37,992 bases of DNA, from NCBI RefSeq assembly GCF_000981445.1, contig NW_012237362.1, positions 1 to 37,992 of the forward strand, given 5' to 3'. Shown here one piece after another: positions 1 to 8,700 of the stretch. The DNA comes from Babesia bigemina. Taxonomy: Eukaryota. How positions within the stretch are numbered: position 1 is the stretch's first letter; the number at the start of each line of letters is the position of its first letter. Below the pieces are notes generated by a model. The model did not search any database. It saw only the letters and a program-made list of their open reading frames with translations, and was not told the origin of the DNA. Position numbers and translations under genes: made by a program.

Positions 1-3000
1 AAATCTCAGTGGCGGGTACAACCTGCTTAGGACATCCAGTAGCATCTGGAGGCAATCTTCGCCCTTGGATGGGTAGTGAAAGTTAAGCGAATTGGCGCAG
101 TAGTCGACGGCGTACATGGTATGAGCATTTCCGTAACCGACGATTCTGGTCAGAACGTCATATGACTTTGAGCACAAACGCATCACCGCTTTCCGTGTAT
201 CATCATATAACATGTTGTTTGGATGCGCTGGGAGGAAGTCATCTCTCATGTCTGTAACAGTTATCTCAAACCCGTCGAGATCTGCTGCGACCTGTTTATT
301 TGGATCCTCAAATAATTCACTCACAGCATCACGCAGAACTTCTTCATAAACGGAACTGCATGGAAGCCCTGACAGCCAACAAAGTATTTCGAACACGTTA
401 CATGGCCGCTTCTTGGCAGCAAACGTTGAGACGTGACAGACTTGATAGTAATCGTTAAGGTGCTCGTTCAGCATCTGAAGCGCAAGTTTGGTGTCTTTAT
501 CTGTGTGGTATATATGCTTGTAATCGTCGCTAATCAGAAGCTTTTTGATTTTTGTGGCAGCAACGTTCTTATCTAACTCCCCCTTTTGCTTCTCTTTGAC
601 GGAGACATCATAGCCTTGATGGTAAAAGAACATTCCAACATCTGTGTTTTTGTTAATTTTCTGAAATCTCTGTTCCGTATAACAATACTTCTTCAGAACT
701 TTAAAGGCAATGTGCAAGTTAGAGACAACAGTCAAACAGACCTTAGACAGCTTTTCACCGTAAGGCGTTAATTTTTCGTTTTGACCAGAATTTTTACCAG
801 CATCATTTTTAACAAGTGGATTTAACGTAAAATTGATTAATGTTCCATCATCATACCCGTTCACATACACCCGCTCCATCTCCTTGACAAGCCCCTGCAG
901 CCCCGATCTTACCGCATCGAGCAGCTCCGGGTGCCGGGGGTTGGCGAAGGCGGAGGGGGAGAGAGCGGTGAGGGAGGAGGTGAGGTGATCACGCAATTTA
1001 ACAAATTCATTATCGTAATTATACTTTTTAGTATTTTTTTGAAGATGTCCAAGTAAATTGTCGAAGTCACTTTTGATTTTGGTTAGCTGGTTGGCTGGGT
1101 CGGTGGGTGACTGATTGGTTGGAGGTTTGGGTGACAGTTTGCTTTGAGGATTGACTTGTCCGTCAATATGATCGTGAATTGCTTGGTAATACGATTTGAG
1201 ATTGGTTGAAATATCTCGGAATATTTGGGCGGCAGTCTTACCACCCGGAGCTGGAGGCGTTACAAGACCACTAATTGTATCAAGCGTACCTTTTTGCCCA
1301 TTCATCTGCTTCATCATCCCCTTCAATCCGCTTTCCAAATCCTTTGCAATAATCTCACCAATCTTCGCATTCTCCCTCTCAACCAACGCCTGCAGCTTCT
1401 GGAGCGCGAAGGCCTTGGACTTGGCGAAGTGGGAGAGGGCGGATTTCTTGATGTTGTTTTGGGAGGTGGCGGAGGCTGACATATAAGCTTCATGAACCTC
1501 TTGTGCAGCTTGCTTGGACGCGATTAGAGCGTTTTGTAAGTCTGCTAGGAGTTGAGATACAAATTCACTGACGGCATGTTCGACATTCGTATAGGCTTCA
1601 TGGTACGTGGCAGCGAGTGATTTTATACCTGCTGTTAATGCGTCATCCGTTTCCCTAACTGCGACACCGATGAGATAAATTTCGCCATGGATTCTTCCTT
1701 TAAGCTGTTCCATGCTGTCATCCGTTTTCTTTATCTCACCATCCACGAATCCGGGAACTTTTTTGAGTTCAGCGATTTCACTGTCTATTATGTTCACTGC
1801 CTCCTGGATTTCATTCTTAGAAATGTTGAATATCTGCATCATTTTTGCCACATCGATATCCGTTCTACTATTCTTACGCATCTCAAATCGTTCAAGCGAT
1901 GCATTAACCGCTGCCTCTGCAGCTCCCCTAATTAAATTATCGGCGATATCTCTGAAAGTATAAATTGCGGGGTTAACTGCAGACATTTCAGTATCTACAT
2001 CCTCGATGAGCTGCGCTAGCGAGTCTTGTTTGGGTTTACTTGCTGTGCCGCCATTACCGTATACCGCATCTTTTAATGCAACAAGAGTTTCAAGTTTTGA
2101 TACAGCGGTTTTCAAGGCGGGGTCATTGGATGAAGACTCAACGTATTTATGCGCTTCACTGATGGCGCGCGTGAGTTCTTCGCTGAGAGCGTTGATGGAA
2201 GTTCCAGCTTGCTCTACAGCAGATTTGAGTTGACGTGCGTTGGTTACAACTCCTCCGCTGCCAGGAGCGGTAACAGATTTGTACCTATCTGTAACCGTCC
2301 TAATGGCATTGTTCAACTCTTCGACTAGCTGAGTGACATCTTGAGTATTACGTGACGTAAATGGCTGCTGACTTGTTGGGTCACTTATCTTACCAATTTT
2401 TTCCAGTTTTTTAAGCTGTTCATTTAACGAAGTTGAATGTTTCGACAAGCTATCTTTGAAGCCACTCAACTTAGCATCCTGAAGCGCTTGCGCTAGATTC
2501 TCGAATTGACTTCTAAAACATCGTCTGTATAGGTTCTTAAGATGACCGGTTTTCGACAATATTGGGCTTGTTGTCTCACCAGCAAGCTTTTGCTTTGCAT
2601 CTTCAAGAGCCTTCAACTGTTTACCGATGAGACCTGTACTCTCATTCGTATCCTTGCTATCCGTAATTTGCTTTGTAAGTACACTTATTTGTGTTCTCAA
2701 CTTGGTTAACCCATTCCGTACATCTTCCTCAATGCCTCTGACCTTCGATTGAACAATGCTGAATTGAGTAGCAATCGTTGACTTTTCGTCGGCGAAGTTT
2801 TTAATCAGCATTTTTACGTCATTTAAACAGCCACAAATCTGTTTTCTGTAACTTGGGTCGAAATCTTTATCCACCAAATTCTGTGCGTCATGCAATGTTT
2901 TTCTAATGCCTACGAAGCGTACCTTTTTCTCACTTTCCAGATCGCCAATTTTTTGCAGTATATCTGAGAACTGAGCGAACAGTGTGTTCCGAACTTTCTG

Positions 3001-4059
3001 AATCTCATCCTGTATGCTTTCTTCCAACCTCTTCTCTTCGTTCGTCAAGAACCTCATTAGGCCCGTCTCATTATCATTGATTCTATTATCAACCATTTCA
3101 TTCAACGATTGAAATTCACTGTCCACATTCCAGCATACTCTCTGAAGTCCGTAAACGTCGGTAACAGCATTTTCACTGTAGCCCTCCGCGGCTTGTTGGA
3201 TACGATTGACGTGCTGCTCTAACTTTGATTTTAAATTTTTGTCCAAAGTTTTAATCGCATCACATGATTTAGTACACAGAGGAAGAAGTCTCTGTACGTG
3301 GTCAAGCCACTGGAACAGAGAAGACACAACACCATCATTAAACTCAACACCATTCATACGCTTAATTGTCTCAATTAGTTTTGGTATTTTATTATTATCG
3401 TTGTCACCGTTTTTCAACAATTCAAGTATTGGATTTTTAACTTCATTATTCTTTTTTTCCACCTCCCCCAACCACCTCTCAATCCCCTGCTTGACCGGGT
3501 CAATCACAGCCTCCAAACCTATTTTGCCTTTATTAAGATTTTCATTTAATTTAGTTACTGCGTTTTCTAATGTGTTTTTATAAGGTGATAAGTTTGAATT
3601 TTCTTTTACTTCACTAATTATTTCATACAAAAATCCCATCACCGCATCACAGAGCCTATCCAAGTCAGAGTACACAATCCCCTCTCCAGTGTAGCCTTTG
3701 GAAGCAGAGTTGAAGCCGAGGAAAGTCTCGAGGCCATCACACAAATGTGTTAAAATATTATTATTTTCACTAGTTTTATTAAGTGATTCAGCAAATTCAG
3801 CAAGCTTATGCACAGTCTGCAAAGCAGACAACTTGGACTGACAGTCAGATAAACGCTTGGAATCTTCTTCAGTTAGAGGATTATTTTGGCTAGTTTGCTT
3901 AGTTTCAAGAGACTTTTTAATGTTGTTAACACGTTCAATTTCATTTTTAATTTTCTCACTAAGGGACGAGTTGGCAGACACAGTAGGCTTAGCAGGCAAA
4001 GGAGCCGAGGCGCCAGACGAGGCGACAGTAGAAGAAGTAAGGGAAGTGAAGGGTGACAA
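1..4059 (-). CDS. ves1: VESA1-like variant erythrocyte surface antigen, copy 1; 3' end lies beyond window start; frame open from TTG 4059, first in-frame ATG 3639 (MGFLYEII)
   Basis: Manual translation gives NILTHLCDGLETFLGFNSASKGYTGEGIVYSDLDRLCDAVMGFL near 3750-3630, LSPSAFANPRHPELLDAV near 960-910 and TMYAVDYCANSLNFHYPSKGEDCLQMLLDVL near 120-30, all matching the other four copies in one frame. Its absence from the ORF track is consistent with no stop before the window edge. Confidence 0.85.
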   Translation of the reverse strand, partial: MSPFTSLTSSTVASSGASAPLPAKPTVSANSSLSEKIKNEIERVNNIKKSLETKQTSQNNPLTEEDSKRLSDCQSKLSALQTVHKLAEFAESLNKTSENNNILTHLCDGLETFLGFNSASKGYTGEGIVYSDLDRLCDAVMGFLYEIISEVKENSNLSPYKNTLENAVTKLNENLNKGKIGLEAVIDPVKQGIERWLGEVEKKNNEVKNPILELLKNGDNDNNKIPKLIETIKRMNGVEFNDGVVSSLFQWLDHVQRLLPLCTKSCDAIKTLDKNLKSKLEQHVNRIQQAAEGYSENAVTDVYGLQRVCWNVDSEFQSLNEMVDNRINDNETGLMRFLTNEEKRLEESIQDEIQKVRNTLFAQFSDILQKIGDLESEKKVRFVGIRKTLHDAQNLVDKDFDPSYRKQICGCLNDVKMLIKNFADEKSTIATQFSIVQSKVRGIEEDVRNGLTKLRTQISVLTKQITDSKDTNESTGLIGKQLKALEDAKQKLAGETTSPILSKTGHLKNLYRRCFRSQFENLAQALQDAKLSGFKDSLSKHSTSLNEQLKKLEKIGKISDPTSQQPFTSRNTQDVTQLVEELNNAIRTVTDRYKSVTAPGSGGVVTNARQLKSAVEQAGTSINALSEELTRAISEAHKYVESSSNDPALKTAVSKLETLVALKDAVYGNGGTASKPKQDSLAQLIEDVDTEMSAVNPAIYTFRDIADNLIRGAAEAAVNASLERFEMRKNSRTDIDVAKMMQIFNISKNEIQEAVNIIDSEIAELKKVPGFVDGEIKKTDDSMEQLKGRIHGEIYLIGVAVRETDDALTAGIKSLAATYHEAYTNVEHAVSEFVSQLLADLQNALIASKQAAQEVHEAYMSASATSQNNIKKSALSHFAKSKAFALQKLQALVERENAKIGEIIAKDLESGLKGMMKQMNGQKGTLDTISGLVTPPAPGGKTAAQIFRDISTNLKSYYQAIHDHIDGQVNPQSKLSPKPPTNQSPTDPANQLTKIKSDFDNLLGHLQKNTKKYNYDNEFVKLRDHLTSSLTALSPSAFANPRHPELLDAVRSGLQGLVKEMERVYVNGYDDGTLINFTLNPLVKNDAGKNSGQNEKLTPYGEKLSKVCLTVVSNLHIAFKVLKKYCYTEQRFQKINKNTDVGMFFYHQGYDVSVKEKQKGELDKNVAATKIKKLLISDDYKHIYHTDKDTKLALQMLNEHLNDYYQVCHVSTFAAKKRPCNVFEILCWLSGLPCSSVYEEVLRDAVSELFEDPNKQVAADLDGFEITVTDMRDDFLPAHPNNMLYDDTRKAVMRLCSKSYDVLTRIVGYGNAHTMYAVDYCANSLNFHYPSKGEDCLQMLLDVLSRLYPPLRF

Positions 4060-4117
4060 GTCACAAGTTATTATTGTGGTTTATAAAAATCATAGCGGTA
4101 TTATGGCGAGGTGATTA
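4051..4117 (-). promoter_or_regulatory. Conserved ves 5' leader motif, copy 1
   Basis: Minus strand ctcgccataataccgctATGatttttataaaccacaataataacttgtgacttgtcaccc recurs in close variants at 11384-11450, 18440-18505, 27983-28050 and 35925-35992; function is inferred. Confidence 0.6.
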
Positions 4118-4120
4118 GAG

Positions 4121-4855
4121 GGATGTAGAGTGGATAAGGGAGCGATGTGGAGTGGGTTAGGGAGCGATGTAGAGTGGAGTAAGGGGCGATGTAGAGTGGA
4201 TTAGGGAGCGATGTAGAGTGGATTAGGGAGCGATGTAGAGTGGAGTAAGGGGCGATGTAGAGTGGGTTAGGGAGCGATGTAGAGTGGAGTAAGGGGCGAT
4301 GTAGAGTGGATTAGGGAGCGATGTAGAGTGGGTTAGGGAGCGATGAGGAGTGGGTTAGGGACGATGTAGAGTGGATAAAGGGGTGATGTAGAGTGGATAA
4401 GGGGCGATGTGGAGTGGGCAAAGGGCGATGTGGAGTGGGTAAAGGGGCGATGTAGAGTGGGTTAGGGAGCGATGTAGAGTGGGTTAGGGAGCGATGTAGA
4501 GTGGGTTAGGGAGCGATGTAGAGTGGGTTAGGGGCGATGAGGAGTGGATAGAGGGGCGATGTAGAGTGGATAAAGGAGCGATGAAGGGTGGATAAATAGG
4601 CGATGTAGAGTGGGTAAAGGGGCGATGTAGAGTGGATAAAGGGGCGATGTAGAGTGGATTAGGGAGCGATGTAGAGTGGGTTAGGGAGCGATGTAGAGTG
4701 GGTAAGGGGCGATGTAGAGTGGGTTAAGGGGCGATGTAGAGTGGGTTAGGGGCGATGTAGAGTGGGTTAAGGGGCGATGTAGAGTGGGTTAGGGAGCGAT
4801 GTAGAGTGGGTTAGGGAGCGATGTGGAGTGGGTTAAGGGGCGATGTGGAGTGGGT
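4121..4855 (+). repeat. Array A: ~22-nt G-rich tandem repeat (agggagcgatgtagagtgggtt)
   Basis: Directly visible tandem units with variants ggttaggg/ggataaagggg/ggttaagggg. Confidence 0.97.
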
Positions 4856-4886
4856 AATAATCACCACTTACGTCAGGTGCTTGGTC

Positions 4887-5205
4887 ACCATGTCATCGCT
4901 GCCGTAAGCATGTCATCGCTGCCGTAACCATGTCATCGCTGTTGTAACCATGTCATCGCTGCCGTGTCCATGTCATCGCTGCCGTGACCAGTCATCGCTG
5001 CCGTGACCATGTCATCGCTGCCGTGACCATGTCATCGCTGCCGTAAGCATGTCATCGCTGCCGTGACCATGTCATCGCTGCCGTGACCATGTCATCGCTG
5101 CCGTGACCATGTCATCGCTGCCGTGACCATGTCATCGCTGCCGTGACCATGTCATCGCTGCCGTGACCATGTCATCGCTGCCGTGACCATGTCACCGCTG
5201 CCGTG
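4887..5205 (+). repeat. Array B: 20-nt tandem repeat (ccatgtcatcgctgccgtga)
   Basis: Directly visible, highly homogeneous units. Confidence 0.97.
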
Positions 5206-5211
5206 AACTCA

Positions 5212-5611
5212 ACTTGGTCAGCACTTTGGTCAGCACATTGGTCAGCACTTTGGTCATGTCCTTGGTCAGCACATTGGTCAACACTTTGGGCACCACTCTG
5301 GTCATGGCATTGGTCAGCACTCTGGTCATGGCATTGGTCAACACTTTGGTCAGCACGTTGGTCACCAATTTGTTCATGGCATTGGTCAACACTTTGGTCA
5401 GCACTTTGGTCACCACCTTGGTCAGCACTTTGGTCATGGCATTGGTCAGCACATAGGTCAGCACTTTGGTCATGGCATTGGTCAGCACGTAGGTCACCAC
5501 TTTGGTCATGGCATTGGTCAGCACATAGGTCACCACTTTGGTCATGGCATTGGTCAGCACATAGGTCACCACTTTGGTCAACACTTTGGGCAGCACATAA
5601 GTCACCACTTT
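5212..5611 (+). repeat. Array C: 12-nt tandem repeat (ttggtcagcact, variant ttggtcatggca)
   Basis: Directly visible; generates periodic ORFs (VLTK/WSAL/LVST). Confidence 0.95.
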
Positions 5612-5735
5612 AGTTAACTATTACACAATCACATACAACAATTAATGAGTGATGCAACACATTAGACAACAATTAGTTGTATAGGTGAGTAGGTGATATG
5701 CTAGGTGAGTGTAGATGGTGAACACGTGAGTACGA

Positions 5736-8700
5736 TTACGGTTGCAGATAAAACACTCTGTTAAGTTTGTTAACGCGTCCAGCAGCAAGGAGTGATTGAG
5801 CAGCGATGCGATGTGATGAGGGACTATGCAAATGCGATTTGATGTGGAGCAGGTCGAGGCGGATGACCATGATGTGGAGGAGGTACAGGAGAGAGAGGAG
5901 CCAGAGGGCTAGGACAAGGTAGGAGAAGGGTTCACGGATCTTCCATAAGAAGTTGTCGCACTCATCGAACAGTTTTGTGAAGTAATCAGATTTGATGACG
6001 TTTTCGAGTTGACTGAAAAAAGCGGAACAATAGTTGCTATTCAGTTCCAGTTTTTTGGCAGAGCCATAGGTGAAGCCATATTTGTAAAATGTTGGCGACG
6101 TTCCTCTACACCTTACGATAGATATGCATTGGCAATACTGTTCAGTACGTTCGTCATCCTTCTTGTCAGCGTGACCATGCTTACCACGTTTGCATTTGTC
6201 TGCGCGGAGACATCTGTGGCATCCCCAATCTTGACAGAATATGTTTTGGAAAGCGTCACGTAGACTTTCTAGATATTGATGGAATACCCATGGGAGGTAT
6301 ACGACCCATGTGACGTATGTGTCAACATGCTTCTTTACAAAATACGTATACGATTCGGGGCATAGTGAAGCTAAATAAGGGGCGCAGTAAACTTTGTTAC
6401 GTGAGCATATTGTATTCATGGACAAGCTTGGCAAAATTGAATTTTTGGAATCATCATGCTGACTCGTATGACTTTCATGACTATAACCATAGGTTTTGCG
6501 AAGACATTCGATGAGGTCACGACTACTGTATAGATTGACGGATTGCTTATTCATAGAGGATTCTACCCATGAGCGCAGCAAATGTTTCCCATTAGCATAC
6601 CAACCGTCAACAAATGATAAGGCAAATTGGAAGTGTTCGGGCAGAGTAGACGGTGGCCTGGGTACAAGGGCGAAAAGACACGCAATGTCATCAAAGTTAA
6701 GGAACTTGTCGATAATTTCACATAAATCTTTACCAGTTTTGGTAGATCCGGAAAACGCTCTAAAGCCTAATGGAGTGAGGCAAGGCATAGCGCGGCTACT
6801 TGGTGAGCACGTTTTACATTCGGCTTTACAACCGACAGAAATGAGTTGGTGAGGAAGATGACCTGGCAAACAGTCATTCAAATAGCTCATTAAAGCAGAA
6901 GTAGGTTGGCAGTTTACTTGGCAATTTGGTTGGCACGTAGGTTTACACTTAGCTTGGCACGTTGGTTGGCACATAGTTTCGTCCGTTGCTTTCTTGTTAC
7001 AGTGCGATTTGGTCGTTGGGATGGCCATGCCATACTGACACTCACGCCAGCCGTAATATTCGTCGCTACGTTTACATTGCCTACACAAGAATCTAAATAC
7101 GGCGAACACTCTACGGAGTATGTCAAGGAGTATATCAAGGCACTCGTCGCCGGATGTGGGATACTTCAACCTCAGTGTATTATTAGAGAACTCGCAGGCG
7201 TACATGGTTTGTGCGTTACCAGTGCCGAGGATTTCGGTTAACACGTCGTATGAAGTTGCAGATATGTGCGTTACTATTGCGTTGACTTTGCTTAATGTTA
7301 TTCTACTTGGGTATGCTGGCAGCGAAATGGATGATGGGCTAACGATGGAAACCTCTGGACCAACTTCCGATACTGTTTCAACGCTTAATTCGATTTCGTC
7401 AGATTCTGATCGCGTGTTCGCTAATGTCAATCTCTTTTGGCTCTCTTCCGTTTCCTTGTCTCTTTTTTCCTTCTCTTGCTTCTCTTCTTCAGGATCGACC
7501 AATATTCCAGTCATAGTACTGCCCATCAGCGACGAACGTACGCGATTATGCGTTAGGCCTGAAAGCCAACATAGCATTTCGAAAATGCTGCAGGGGTATC
7601 TGGTTGAGTCCCAAGTGGCAATGTGCCACACGTCGTTGTACGTCTCGAGATATTCGTACGCCAATTCAAGCGCATGTTTGGTGTCGTCACTACTGTCGAA
7701 CACCCATTGGAATTTACCGACCAGTCTACCGTAAATCTGTTGACCGGTGCAGTCAGACTTGTTCCTTAAGTGCCCCTCGTGTGAATCCGATTCCTGGGAC
7801 ACGTTGTAACCACACCTCTCGAAGAACTTGCCAAGAGCATTTGTTTTTTTGTACGTCTTATCTACAACAGATACATTAATTTGTCTCCCATTCCATTCCT
7901 CTCCGCTCTTACACTTTACCCTCAACTCGCCGAGATCCTGCATCCAAATAGGCAAGCAGCTAAAAAACACTTTACCGCACTTCAATGCATCTCCAGTTAG
8001 CTCTTCTTTTCTATCTTTACCAACCTGCTTCACCCAATTAATTTGTTTCCCCTCATACCCGTTCACATACATCCTCTCCAGCTCGCCGACGAACTGCTCC
8101 AGGCTTCGGGGAAAGGCGTCGAGCACGGGGTAGGATGCGTTGCCGAAGTGCGAGGAATTGAAGGTGGAAACGTTGGTCTTGAGCGTTTCTAGCATCCCGG
8201 GCACCTGGTGGTCGATGTGTTTCTCAGTGCTGATGTGGGTGAGGAGATCGGTGAGGTTCGTGCGGATGGTGGAGATACGGTTGGGATAGTCACCGATGAC
8301 CTTAGGGTGGGAGGCGAAAACCTGTTTGAGGTCCTTATTGAGGTAATCGAAGATGTGATCTGAATAGGTTTTGAAATTGTCGGTTAGTGCTCTCACTTTG
8401 TCTCCATGTTCATTTCTTTCAATAGCGTCCTTCACTGGGTCGAGCAGATTGGACTTCTGTGTTTTAGGAGGGAGATGCTTCGGACGCTCCTTATAACCAG
8501 CCGCGTAATCGTCGACAGAATCCCCGCTCAGCGTCTTGAGGAAGCCTTTCAGGCCGGTGTTGAGGTCCTTGTTGACGGTGCAGGAGATGATCTTGAGCTG
8601 AGTGGAGAGGAGGGTCTTGAGGGCGGAGAGGTGGGCGGTTTCCTGACGAGCGAAAAGTTTTCGAATCTCGATGGTTACGGCTTCGAAGGCCTTTTCAACG

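Noticed and set aside
4887..5205. CRISPR array interpretation of the regular repeats (also B elsewhere and E)
   Set aside because: Units are contiguous with no unique spacers, there are no cas genes, and the context is eukaryotic.
5192..5613. ORFs of 80-186 aa over array C (also 19038-19735, 28859-29050)
   Set aside because: A 12-nt period leaves several frames on both strands open; the peptides are purely periodic.
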